This document shows, piece by piece, positions 44,253-54,064 of a stretch of 64,000 nucleotides of DNA (position 1 is its first letter; the number at the start of each line of letters is the position of its first letter). The stretch covers positions 2,146 through 66,145 of the forward strand of contig JAUNFS010000003.1 in assembly GCA_030524925.1 (NCBI GenBank). Direction: 5' to 3'. Position numbers and translations under genes: made by a program. A model generated the notes under the pieces. It had not been told where the DNA came from. It was given only the letters and a program-made list of their open reading frames with translations, and did not search any database. This DNA is from a bacterium (GTDB lineage Bacteria; Bacillota_I; Bacilli_A; RF39; UBA660).

Positions 44253-44985
44253 TTATTTATTGCACTCGATGTTTGTTATTATGAATCTATCAGGTATATA
44301 ATCTACTACAGCGTTACAATATTCACATCTACCATTTTCATGAACTACGATTTTTTCACCACAATTTGGGCAGATTACTAATGGGTCATTACTAGAATCT
44401 TTAGCAAAAGTTACCATGTATTCTTTGTCTACTTTACTGGAAGAACTTCCCTTTATCACTTTATTAGTGTTTGTATCAATTATGTAATCGTATAATATGA
44501 CATGAATGTAAGTCATTATAACTGTTACATCATTATCTTCTTCTGCTGTGAGAATTTTAATTTCGATTTTTTCAAAGTCTTTTAAGATATTTTGTTCATT
44601 TCTTTGTTTTAGTGTTTCAAGTTCGTTTAGATAGTTAAAGTATGTTTGACCTGTAACATTTTGTTTTAGGGTTTCTTCATCAAAATTCATATATGCGGTT
44701 AAAGTCTCGGTAAATATTTTGAAGGCTTGCTCTTTAAATTCACTTGTTGTTAGTCCCATTAGTTCCAGCTTATCTTCACAATCTTGATTTTTTAAGTTTT
44801 CAAAATCAATGTTTGGATTTTTTCTTTTAGTACCAACATAAAATACGATTATTGCGATACCTATAAAAAGTACAATGTCAGTTATTATGCTTTTAATGTT
44901 AAAGCCAGTTATTTTATTGTTTATTAAAATGAATATTATACCTACTATTATTATTTTAATTATTTGAATTTTTTTTATTTTTCAT
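44253..44985 (-). pseudogene. membrane-anchored Tim44-like/zinc-ribbon protein interrupted by a frameshift in an A8 tract
   Basis: GAGGT SD then ATG 44985: MKNKKNSNN-stop. Removing one A of the A8 run (44969-44976) joins it to the TM segment and the 168-aa ORF (44253-44759), which ends CPNCGEKIV...CEYCNAVV. Confidence 0.55.
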
Positions 44986-44994
44986 ATTACCTCT

Positions 44995-45480
44995 TTATTC
45001 ATATTTATAAGTTATATTATACGTGTCAGTAGCGCCTGTAATTGTTACTTTGGTTATTTTATCTTCTTTGGTTGTTACTTCTATTTTGGTTTCGTTGATG
45101 TCGTAGATATAGACATTTTCTTCATCTTTTACTTTTAGGATGTATTCGTTTGCATCTAATAAATTTATTAATTTAGATGGGTTTAAGTATTCTTCGTTTA
45201 GGTTACTAGTTTGTGATGAATAAAGGGTATTATCTTGGTAGATTAGTTTACCTTCTTCTTCGTTTACTTGATATTCTATTTCTAGTTTAGATGAGACAAA
45301 TTTATTTTTTATTTCTTTGTAGGTTATCTTTGGAGTTTCTACTTCTTTTTTTGAGCCGTCATCTAATTTTGGTGATAAGCGCATTAGTAAAATTAGTATT
45401 ATAAAAAAGATTGCCCATAAGAGTAGTTTTATTAATGCTTGATATTGAGGATTTTGCCATAGATTTTTTAATTCTTTCAT
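44995..45480 (-). CDS. hypothetical membrane-anchored protein (161 aa)
   Basis: N-terminal TM ALIKLLLWAIFFIILILLM. No motif. Confidence 0.45.
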   Translation of the reverse strand: MKELKNLWQNPQYQALIKLLLWAIFFIILILLMRLSPKLDDGSKKEVETPKITYKEIKNKFVSSKLEIEYQVNEEEGKLIYQDNTLYSSQTSNLNEEYLNPSKLINLLDANEYILKVKDEENVYIYDINETKIEVTTKEDKITKVTITGATDTYNITYKYE

Positions 45481-45481
45481 A

Positions 45482-46408
45482 TTAGTTTACTTTCTTTCCT
45501 AGGAGTTTTTCTTTATAACCGTTTTTAAATTCTTTAATTGTCATGATGTTTTTACCTACTGGTTTTATTTTAGTTATTTTAAGACTATTTTCTTGGCATG
45601 CGATGGTTATACTATCTTTTTCTTCTTTGATGATACTATTTGGCGTTCCTGTTTCACTAGTGACTTCACACTCTGCTACTTTATATTCTTTTTCATCTAA
45701 AATAAAGTATGGAAGCGGACTTGGTGATAGCGCTCTAAATCTATTAAAGTTTGCGGTGGCACTTTCTAAGAAGTTAAGTTGTTCATCTGATCTTTTAATT
45801 ATTTTAGCAAAGGTTACTTTACTTTCATCTTGCTTTTCGCCTTTTATTTTACCTGTGATGATATCTTCTAGGTATTTGATAATCATGTTTGCTCCTAGAT
45901 TAGATAGTTTTAGTGATAGAGTTTCTATGTTATCATTTTTAGTTATTTCTACTTTTTCTTGTACTAAAGCATCTCCACTATCCATCTTTTCATCCATGTA
46001 CATTAAAGTAATGCCAGTTTCGGTTTCACCGTCCATGATTGCTCTATGGATTGGTGCTCCACCACGATATTTTGGTAATAGTGATGCATGGATATTAATA
46101 CATTTATATTTTGGGATATCTAAGACAGCTTTTGGGATTATTTGACCATAAGCACATGTTATAATAACATCAGGATTTAAGTCTTTAATTATTTGATAGT
46201 CTTCTTTAATGTTTGCTGGACTAAAGACATTGATGTTGTGCTCTAAGGCACATTTTTTTACTTCACATGGAGTTAAAATTTTTTTTCTGCCAACAGGGGC
46301 ATCTTTTTGAGTTACTACTAATACAACATTGGTATTTTTTATTAGGTTTTCTAGGATTGGGACACTGAAAAATGGCGTACCCATAAATATTACTTTTAAG
46401 TCTTTCAT
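45482..46408 (-). CDS. fmt: methionyl-tRNA formyltransferase
   Basis: VIFMGTPFFSVPIL, HASLLPKYRGGAPI. Confidence 0.9.
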   Translation of the reverse strand: MKDLKVIFMGTPFFSVPILENLIKNTNVVLVVTQKDAPVGRKKILTPCEVKKCALEHNINVFSPANIKEDYQIIKDLNPDVIITCAYGQIIPKAVLDIPKYKCINIHASLLPKYRGGAPIHRAIMDGETETGITLMYMDEKMDSGDALVQEKVEITKNDNIETLSLKLSNLGANMIIKYLEDIITGKIKGEKQDESKVTFAKIIKRSDEQLNFLESATANFNRFRALSPSPLPYFILDEKEYKVAECEVTSETGTPNSIIKEEKDSITIACQENSLKITKIKPVGKNIMTIKEFKNGYKEKLLGKKVN

Positions 46409-46472
46409 TTGTATATCACCTTCTAGTTATATTTTATCAAAGTATATTAAATATTTAAAGAAAAAAAGAAGA

Positions 46473-47429
46473 CTATGCGTTAGTCTCCTTATAAGTCTTA
46501 CAAGCTTCGTCTAGTTCTTTAAATAGTTTGTTTATGTCATCTTCATTTTTTATTCTTGCACCTGAGGCAAATTTATGACCACCACCGTTAAAGTGTGAAG
46601 CTATTTCATTGATAACTGGGCCTCTTGAACGAATATTTACTTTGTATAGTTCTTGTTTTTCATCGTATGAGACAAATGACCAAGCAATAACTTCTTTGAT
46701 GTAATTAAAGTTATTTACCATATTAGAGGCACTTCCAGCATCAACACCGAATTCTTTAATCATTTCATTAGTTATTTTCATGTAAGCAAAACCATTTTCA
46801 GTTACAGTCATATTAATTGCTAGATAGCCTTGAAAACGAAATTCATTTAGGGGTCTATCGTATAGATGTTTATAGCTTTCTTTTAGATCTATATTATAAT
46901 TTTTTACTAAGTATGAGGCAACATCTAAAGTTCTTGAGGTTGTCGTAGATAGTAAGAATCTATCTGAGTCAGCAACCATTCCTAAATATAGGTTTTCAGC
47001 TATTTTGTCATTCATTTTTAGTTTAGTTTTATTTATTAGTAATGAAACTAATTCACAGGTAGAAGATGATGTTGTATCTACAATTTCTATTTTGCCCATT
47101 TTATCTTCGTATGGATGATGGTCTATTTTAATTACTTCTGCGTAATTTTTGATATTTGCACCATCTATGCGAGCAATATTAGGAACGTCTAGTACGATTA
47201 AAAGTGCGTTTTCTAGAGTACTATCATCTATGTGATCTAGGGTACCAAAATATTTAAATCTTGATACACTTAAACCTACTGCATAAACATTTTTATTAGG
47301 AAAAGTTAATTTAATAGATTCTTTTAAGGCTAGCTGACTACATACCGCATCTGGGTCAGGTCCTATATGCCTTGCTAATACTATATTATCGTATTTACTA
47401 ATTTTTTTATATATACTTTTTTCTTTCAA
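46473..47429 (-). CDS. nrnA: DHH/DHHA1 phosphoesterase (NrnA-type oligoribonuclease/pAp phosphatase)
   Basis: HIGPDPDAVCS, KIDHHP, GGGHKFASG. Confidence 0.85.
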   Translation of the reverse strand: MKEKSIYKKISKYDNIVLARHIGPDPDAVCSQLALKESIKLTFPNKNVYAVGLSVSRFKYFGTLDHIDDSTLENALLIVLDVPNIARIDGANIKNYAEVIKIDHHPYEDKMGKIEIVDTTSSSTCELVSLLINKTKLKMNDKIAENLYLGMVADSDRFLLSTTTSRTLDVASYLVKNYNIDLKESYKHLYDRPLNEFRFQGYLAINMTVTENGFAYMKITNEMIKEFGVDAGSASNMVNNFNYIKEVIAWSFVSYDEKQELYKVNIRSRGPVINEIASHFNGGGHKFASGARIKNEDDINKLFKELDEACKTYKETNA

Positions 47430-47448
47430 TTAACTTCCCTCCTTATTT

Positions 47449-48627
47449 CTATTTTACTAAGTTGTATGTATCTTTTGCTATCATTAGTTCTTCGTTAGTT
47501 GGTACTATGTAGCATGGTATTTTAGATTCTTCTTTAGTAATTAATGTGAATTTGCCACGAGTGTTATTAGCTTCTTCGTCTAAGACAATTCCTAGTTTAG
47601 ATAGTTTATTAATTATATCTTTTCTTGTCATGCTTGAGTTTTCACCAATTCCACCAGTAAAGCAGATTGCATCTATTTTGTCCATGAAGATTGCTAGTTT
47701 GCCAATGTAGCCAACTATTCTATTTGTAAATAGTTCTTGAGCTAGAATGCATCTTTCATTTCCTGATTCTACGCCTTCTTCAATGTCTCTTGAGTCATTA
47801 CTGATTCCTGATACACCAAGAAGTCCACCTTTTTTATTTAAGCTATCAAGTACTTCTTCCATAGTCATTCCTGATTCTTTCATAACGTATGGAACGATAA
47901 ATGCATCAATGTCTCCTGAACGAGTTCCCATGATTAGTCCTGAGTTAGTTGAGAAGCTCATTGATGTATCAAAGCATTTTCCATCTTTAATACTATACAT
48001 TGAGCAGCCACCACCTAAGTGACAAGTAATTAGATTTACATCTTTCTTGCCTAGATAGTTTTGCATGTACTCAGTAATATATTGATGACTAATTCCATGG
48101 TATGCATATCTTCTTACACCATATTTTTCATACCATTCGTAAGGAGCTGCATACATGTAATTTTCTTTTGGCATTGTTTGATGGAAGCCAGTATCAAATA
48201 CAGCTACTTCTTTAGCATCTGGAATAAATTCTTGGAATGCTTCAATTCCCATTAGATTTGATGGATTATGTAATGGTGCTAGATGGAATAAGTTACGGAT
48301 TGTGTTTGTTACATCTTCAGTAATTATTACACTGTCAGCATATTTATCGCCACCATGAACTACTCTATGTCCTACTCCACCAATTTCATGTAAGTCTTTT
48401 ACTACATTATAATTGATTAATTCTTCTGTTAAAATTTTTACTGCTTCTTCATGATTTTTTAAAACGCAGTCTTTTTTAATTTTTTCACCATTCATTTTAA
48501 TTGAATATAAAGATGTTTCTTCTCCTATTCTTTCAAAAACCCCACTTATTATTTCTTTTTCTTCTGGCATTTCAAATAAAGTAAACTTTAATGAAGATGA
48601 TCCAGCATTTACACTTAAAATTTTCAT
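47449..48627 (-). CDS. ackA: acetate kinase
   Basis: MKILSVNAGSSSLKF, VGHRVVHGG, HLGGGCS, TGGIGENS. ATG 48627 is preferred over the track start 48654. Confidence 0.9.
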   Translation of the reverse strand: MKILSVNAGSSSLKFTLFEMPEEKEIISGVFERIGEETSLYSIKMNGEKIKKDCVLKNHEEAVKILTEELINYNVVKDLHEIGGVGHRVVHGGDKYADSVIITEDVTNTIRNLFHLAPLHNPSNLMGIEAFQEFIPDAKEVAVFDTGFHQTMPKENYMYAAPYEWYEKYGVRRYAYHGISHQYITEYMQNYLGKKDVNLITCHLGGGCSMYSIKDGKCFDTSMSFSTNSGLIMGTRSGDIDAFIVPYVMKESGMTMEEVLDSLNKKGGLLGVSGISNDSRDIEEGVESGNERCILAQELFTNRIVGYIGKLAIFMDKIDAICFTGGIGENSSMTRKDIINKLSKLGIVLDEEANNTRGKFTLITKEESKIPCYIVPTNEELMIAKDTYNLVK

Positions 48628-48820
48628 TTCTTTCACCCGTTTTAATTTTATCAAAAAAAAAAGAGTTTTACCACTTTTATTAAACTAATATGTCATTTTT
48701 TGATTTTTTAGCAAAAAAATAGGACTCCATCATTTGACAGTGTCCATGCAAAAATGATTAAACATTTTTTTCTCACATAGATAATATATCATCCTTAGTT
48801 GCGTGTGTCAATAACTTAAA

Positions 48821-48852
48821 CAAGAAAAAATATGACGTGTGATTGTCATATT
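48821..48852 (-). terminator. rho-independent terminator
   Basis: Minus strand AATATGAC-loop-GTCATATT followed by TTTTTTCTT. Confidence 0.5.
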
Positions 48853-48997
48853 ATTTTCTTTTGATATTAGTAAAGTTTTGATTATGGGGTTTAAAATATT
48901 CTTTGAATATATCTGGTTCTATTTCTTTAAAGTTGTAGCCATAATCGTTAGTGTAGTCTTTTAATCTTTCTTTTTTTAATGCACTATAATCTTTCAC
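48851..48997 (-). CDS. possible 48-aa protein downstream of thiI
   Basis: Own translation: GTG after GGGTGG, VKDYSALKKERLKDYTNDYGYNFKEIEPDIFKEYFKPHNQNFTNIKRK. Ends in the terminator. Confidence 0.3.
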   Translation of the reverse strand: MKDYSALKKERLKDYTNDYGYNFKEIEPDIFKEYFKPHNQNFTNIKRK

Positions 48998-49029
48998 TTT
49001 TAACCACCCATTATATTATGGGTAGATTT

Positions 49030-50211
49030 TTATAAAATATTAGAAAACTCAGATTTTTCTTCAGGTAATTTAATAGTATTTTTATTTTTTACTGATTGTA
49101 AGTTTAGAGTTCTAAAGTCAAAGGCTTCTTCATATGTTCTTGCTAGTTTTCTTTCAGGGTTAATTACAGGATGTTCAGGAACAAAGATAGTACAACAGTC
49201 TTCGTATGGTAAAATGCTGGTTTCATAGGTATCTATCTTTTTCGCAATATCTATAATTTCTAGTTTATCTAGGCAGCATACTGGTCTTATTACTGGAGTT
49301 GTTATAACTTCATTAATAGTACTAATGCTGGTTAGGGTTTGACTTGCTACTTGACCAATACTTTCCCCGTTAATTATACATTTACAGTTTTCTCTTCTTG
49401 CTAGTAGTTCAGCGATGCGGTACATTTGTCTTCTCATGATTGTGATCATATATTCTTTTGGACAATTTTTATAGATTTGTTCTTGAATTTCGGTAAAGTG
49501 AATGATGTGAAGTTTAATATCATTTTGGTAAGTAGATAAGATACTTGCTAGCTCTTTTACTTTGTTTAGGGCTTCTTTACTAGTATGAGGGGGACTATCA
49601 AAGTAGATGCATTCTAATTTGATTCCTCTTTTCATGGCAAGGTAGCCAGCTACTGGGGAGTCAATTCCGCCACTTAACATCAGCATGCCTTTTCCTAGGG
49701 TACCAACTGGGTAGCCACCGATTCCTTTGATTTTTTCAAAATAGATGTAGGCTTCATTTTTTCTAATTTCAATATTTATTTCTAAATTTGGATTATGAAC
49801 GTCTACTTCTATGTTTGGAATATTCTTTAAAATAGTACCTCCTACTTTTTTACTTATTTCCATACTATTTATTGGGTATGATTTATCACTTCTTTTAGTA
49901 GTTACTTTGAAAGTTTTAAATTCTTTGTCTTTAAGTAGGTTTAGTAATTCAGCATTTATTTCTTCTAAGCTGTTAGTTTTTAGTTTATAACCGATATTTA
50001 TTTCATGTATACCGAATGTTTTTTTTAAGATGTTTAAAACGTTTTCGTAGTCGCTTGTTTCAATAAACATTCTACCGTGGTCATAGATAATTTTGTTATC
50101 GATATCTTTTAGAGATTTTTTTATATTATCTCTTAAGGCATTTATAAAATAGTTAATATTATCTTTTTTGGTAGTTAGTTCACCGTATTTAATTATTATT
50201 ATTTTTTCCAT
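49030..50211 (-). CDS. thiI: tRNA 4-thiouridine synthase
   Basis: THUMP-like N-domain. PP-loop LSGGIDSPVA. Confidence 0.9.
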   Translation of the reverse strand: MEKIIIIKYGELTTKKDNINYFINALRDNIKKSLKDIDNKIIYDHGRMFIETSDYENVLNILKKTFGIHEINIGYKLKTNSLEEINAELLNLLKDKEFKTFKVTTKRSDKSYPINSMEISKKVGGTILKNIPNIEVDVHNPNLEINIEIRKNEAYIYFEKIKGIGGYPVGTLGKGMLMLSGGIDSPVAGYLAMKRGIKLECIYFDSPPHTSKEALNKVKELASILSTYQNDIKLHIIHFTEIQEQIYKNCPKEYMITIMRRQMYRIAELLARRENCKCIINGESIGQVASQTLTSISTINEVITTPVIRPVCCLDKLEIIDIAKKIDTYETSILPYEDCCTIFVPEHPVINPERKLARTYEEAFDFRTLNLQSVKNKNTIKLPEEKSEFSNIL

Positions 50212-50271
50212 GGTAACTCCTTTGCAAACGTTACTTATTATAACACGGATTTTTTGGTAGTAAATAATTTT

Positions 50272-51405
50272 TTATTGGGCTTTGTCTGCTAGCTCGCTTA
50301 GTTTGGTATAGACGTTATTAAAGATTGTTAAAAATTCGTCTATTTCTTCGGTGGTTGTTAAGTAAGATAGACTAATTCTAATTGTAGTAAGGGCTCTTAC
50401 TTTATCGCGATATAAATTAAATACAGTTGGGCTCATTTTACCACTTGCACAGGCAGTGTTGCTACCAACATAAACTTCATGTTTTTCTAGGGCATGAATA
50501 AAAGTTTCAGGTTTAATGTCCATCAGACTTATATTTAATACATAAGGAATAGTATTTTTATTTTTATTAATTAATATTTTTGGATATTCTTTTAATTTAT
50601 TGCATATTTTTTCGTTTAGTTTAGTTACTTTTTCGTTTTTAGCTGGTATGTCTTCTAAAGCAATTCTTAGAGCTTTAGAGAATGATGCGATTAAGGGAAC
50701 TATTGGAGTTCCTGGTCTTAGTTCATTTTTTGAGCCGTAGAATAATGGTTTTATTTTGACTTTGGTATTTTTGTATAGCATGCCTATTCCTTTGACTCCA
50801 TAGATTTTTTGACTGTCAAATGATGCCATGTCTACGTCGGCTAGATTGATTGGTATTTTGCCGACGGCAGCTGTCATATCACTGTGGAATATACAGTTAG
50901 GATTTTCTTTATTAATTACTTGTTTGATTATTTTTAGTGGTTGTCTGATTCCCATTTCACTATTTACAGCGCTTATTGTAACTAAAATTGTATCATTCGT
51001 TACTTTCTTTTTTAAGTCTTCAAAGTCAATTAGGCCATTTTCATCGTTGTTAACGTAGTCAATGATAAAGCCGTTTTTTTCTAGGTAAGAACAAATTTCA
51101 TAGATGCTTTCATGTTCTAGTTTGCTTGTTAGAATGTGCGATCCTCTTTTACCTTTTTCTAGAGCTAGGCCAATGATTGCCATGTTGTTACTTTCTGTTG
51201 AACCACTTGTATAGATTACTTCGTTTTCTTTGATTTTTAGTAAGCTACTTATTTGTTTTGTGGCATTTAAAAGAAGTTCATGGGATTTGATTCCAAGTGA
51301 ATGAAGACTATTTGGATTGGCAAAATAGTCAGTACTTACTTTGTTAAAGCTTTCTAGGATTTCTTTAAGTACTGGGGTTGTACTACTATAATCTAAATAT
51401 ATCAT
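50272..51405 (-). CDS. class V aminotransferase / cysteine desulfurase (NifS/IscS-like)
   Basis: IYLDYSSTTP, TSGSTESNN, SFDSQKIYGVKGIG (PLP-Lys region), TACASG. Paired with thiI as in Bacillus nifZ-thiI. Confidence 0.8.
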   Translation of the reverse strand: MIYLDYSSTTPVLKEILESFNKVSTDYFANPNSLHSLGIKSHELLLNATKQISSLLKIKENEVIYTSGSTESNNMAIIGLALEKGKRGSHILTSKLEHESIYEICSYLEKNGFIIDYVNNDENGLIDFEDLKKKVTNDTILVTISAVNSEMGIRQPLKIIKQVINKENPNCIFHSDMTAAVGKIPINLADVDMASFDSQKIYGVKGIGMLYKNTKVKIKPLFYGSKNELRPGTPIVPLIASFSKALRIALEDIPAKNEKVTKLNEKICNKLKEYPKILINKNKNTIPYVLNISLMDIKPETFIHALEKHEVYVGSNTACASGKMSPTVFNLYRDKVRALTTIRISLSYLTTTEEIDEFLTIFNNVYTKLSELADKAQ

Positions 51406-51454
51406 TTTTAATTACTCCTTTATTTGTTGACATGAGCAAAAATAAGCTTAACGC

Positions 51455-53173
51455 TTATTTATTACTTACTTTTAATATTTTACTGTGGATGTCTGGATCT
51501 GCTTCGCTTACAGCGTTTATTGCTAGTTCTAGACTATTTTTATAATTTCCTTTATAGAATTCTTTTTCAGCTTTGGCAAGGCCAGCATCTACTTTGATGC
51601 TTTCGCTTCTAAATCTGTTTCCGTAGACAATAGTATTTTCGCTTAGTCTTGCGGCTTTAATATAGTCTGTTGTTGTTTTATATAGTTTTAACACTAGGTC
51701 CCTTGCGGTATCTACACGAATATTTAATACTTTAATAGATATTGGTTTTTTGTTTAGTTCATTTATCATATTATCTAGGGCATCAGATGCTTCTAGGGTT
51801 TCAGTATAGTATTCTTTAGGTATTACTGGTAGTTTGTACGATAATAAAGCATTTTCACATTTTTTAAAGATTTCTCTAATTTCATCTAACTGCTCTCTTG
51901 CACGAATTTCATCTTCTTTTAGACTACTTAGATTTCTAAGAGTTAGTTCTAGTTTGTCTTCTTCTTTAACTAAGCGAAAGTTTAAATTAACTAGTTCATC
52001 ATTTAGTTTTGAGTATGCAAAAGATTTATTGCGGTAGTTTTCTACAACAACTTCATAGTCGCTTTGAATGGATTTGATATTTAAATTTAGTTCATCTATG
52101 ATTTTTACTTCATCGTCGTTTAGGTCGTAGCTGTATTTGATGTCTTCTATTTTTGATGTTAAGTTTTTGATGATTGCTAGTAGTTTTTTACATTTAACTC
52201 CCATTTTACGAGCATTTTCTTCATAAGCTTTTTTGCTGTCTTTTTCTTTTTCAAAATCATTATATAGTTCGTCAAAGTAGTTTACGATGGTTTCTAGTTC
52301 CATTACACTGTCAGTTAGGTTTAGGACGTTTAGTCTATCAAAAACATCAGCAATTTTTTTCTCGGCTTCTGAGATATTATAGTCTATATTTAGATAATCT
52401 AAGTTATAGCCTTCACTAATTAGTTTATTACTGATTCTTTCAATGTCGGCAATTTTTTCAGGGATTAATTTTTTACCCATAACGATGACGCTTGGAGACT
52501 CGTCTATAACAACTTTTAAGTTACCTACGGCATCATCTAGGGCTTTTACTATTTTAGGTGCTTCGGCATAGGCGTTATTTTCCATTGTTAATTCAAAGGA
52601 TGCAAATAGTTTATCTACGTTTTCAAATTGGAGTTCAATAGCTTTTTTTATTAGTTCGTAGTCATCTATATTGTGATGATATTTTAGGTATATTTCGCGG
52701 TAGTCTTTTTTTAGTCTTGTGATTATTTCTCTGTTTTTGGTTTCACTTAAAGTTATTTCTTTGATATCTCTAAGCAAGAATTCACTTTTAGATTTTACAT
52801 AGTAAAGTTCTAGTTCTAGTTTGGCGATAGCTTCATTTATTTTGCGAAACTTACGTGTTTTAAAAAGATTTTCTAATTCATTTAGTTTATCATCTAAGTC
52901 AGGAATATCTTCTTCTTTAATCTTTTTGTAACGATTTTGCCAAATTATATAACTTTTTTCTAGATCTTTGTTATTGATTAAAGTTGATAGTTTGTTTAGT
53001 TCTGTAAGAATTGAGCCAGATAATATAAGATTTTTGTTACGTTCTAGTTCTCTTAATATTTCTTCGTATTTCTTTTTGTTGTGTTTATCAACAAGCACTA
53101 AACATAAGACAATTAAAATAATTGCCACAATAATATAGATAATTCCTAAAACCATACTTGTTTTATCACTCAT
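51455..53173 (-). CDS. ezrA: septation ring formation regulator EzrA
   Basis: Single N-terminal TM then ~540 aa of coiled coil. Size and position upstream of the desulfurase/thiI pair match Bacillus. Confidence 0.7.
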   Translation of the reverse strand: MSDKTSMVLGIIYIIVAIILIVLCLVLVDKHNKKKYEEILRELERNKNLILSGSILTELNKLSTLINNKDLEKSYIIWQNRYKKIKEEDIPDLDDKLNELENLFKTRKFRKINEAIAKLELELYYVKSKSEFLLRDIKEITLSETKNREIITRLKKDYREIYLKYHHNIDDYELIKKAIELQFENVDKLFASFELTMENNAYAEAPKIVKALDDAVGNLKVVIDESPSVIVMGKKLIPEKIADIERISNKLISEGYNLDYLNIDYNISEAEKKIADVFDRLNVLNLTDSVMELETIVNYFDELYNDFEKEKDSKKAYEENARKMGVKCKKLLAIIKNLTSKIEDIKYSYDLNDDEVKIIDELNLNIKSIQSDYEVVVENYRNKSFAYSKLNDELVNLNFRLVKEEDKLELTLRNLSSLKEDEIRAREQLDEIREIFKKCENALLSYKLPVIPKEYYTETLEASDALDNMINELNKKPISIKVLNIRVDTARDLVLKLYKTTTDYIKAARLSENTIVYGNRFRSESIKVDAGLAKAEKEFYKGNYKNSLELAINAVSEADPDIHSKILKVSNK

Positions 53174-53251
53174 AACTATACCTCTATTATCATTTTATCA
53201 TATTTATTTTATTATTTATACTAAAAGTTTTAGTCCTACTTTGTAATCTTT

Positions 53252-54055
53252 TTATTTTTGACAGTTTTCACAGTAGTAAGTACTGCGTCCACCTAACTTG
53301 GTCCTTTTAATGATAGTGCCGCATTTACAGGCTTGGCCTTCTTTTTTATGGACCTTTAGAAAATTTTGATAGTTGCCAATTACGCCTAGAGATGATGTAT
53401 AACTTTTGATGGTTGTTCCGCCTTCTTCTATTGCTTTGGTTAAAATTTCTTTGGCACTGGTTATGATGTTTTCACACTCTTCTAAAGTGATTGTGCTTCC
53501 TAGTCTAAATGGACTAATTTTTGATTGATATAGAACTTCATCAGCATAGATGTTTCCTAGGCCGGCAATGATATCTTGTTCTAAAAGTAAGCTTTTGATG
53601 GGTTTATTTTTGGTGTGAACGTGAGAATAAAGTTTTTCTTTGTCCATCGTAAATGGCTCATCAGCTAGTTTTTTTAGAGCGGGATAATTCATTACATCTT
53701 CCTTGTTTACGATGCACATTCTACCAAATTTTCTAGTGTCGTGATATCTTAGAGAAACGTTATCAAAGTTAATTATAATATGCTCGTGTTTTTCTATAGC
53801 GTCATCTTTTTCTTTAATGAAGTATTTACCTTCCATTCTTAAATGGCTTATTAAGGTAAGCGCTTCAAAGTTAAATAGTAAGTATTTGCCTTTAGTTTCT
53901 ATGTCTTTTAGTGTGCTACCTATTAAACTATTTAGGGGCATGCTTTCTGGTTCAATGATTTTAGGATAAATTATGATGGTTTCCGTAACGGTTTTACCAA
54001 TAAGTTTTCTTTTTAGGGTGCTTGCTACGGTTCTTACTTCTGCTAATTCTGGCAT
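53252..54055 (-). CDS. mutM: formamidopyrimidine-DNA glycosylase
   Basis: MPELAEV N-terminus, GNIYADE, C-terminal zinc finger CKCG...YYCENCQ. Confidence 0.9.
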   Translation of the reverse strand: MPELAEVRTVASTLKRKLIGKTVTETIIIYPKIIEPESMPLNSLIGSTLKDIETKGKYLLFNFEALTLISHLRMEGKYFIKEKDDAIEKHEHIIINFDNVSLRYHDTRKFGRMCIVNKEDVMNYPALKKLADEPFTMDKEKLYSHVHTKNKPIKSLLLEQDIIAGLGNIYADEVLYQSKISPFRLGSTITLEECENIITSAKEILTKAIEEGGTTIKSYTSSLGVIGNYQNFLKVHKKEGQACKCGTIIKRTKLGGRSTYYCENCQK

Positions 54056-54064
54056 AATTATCTC

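Noticed and set aside
45543-46145. 200-aa plus-strand ORF in the track
   Set aside because: It lies entirely antisense to fmt, which has unmistakable motifs. Its Ser/Leu/Phe-rich composition is typical of the reverse frame of AT-rich coding DNA.
48655-48850. Possible riboswitch/T-box leader upstream of ackA
   Set aside because: There is no T-box, specifier-loop or other conserved riboswitch core. The region is explained by a small ORF terminator and a promoter-type AT-rich spacer.
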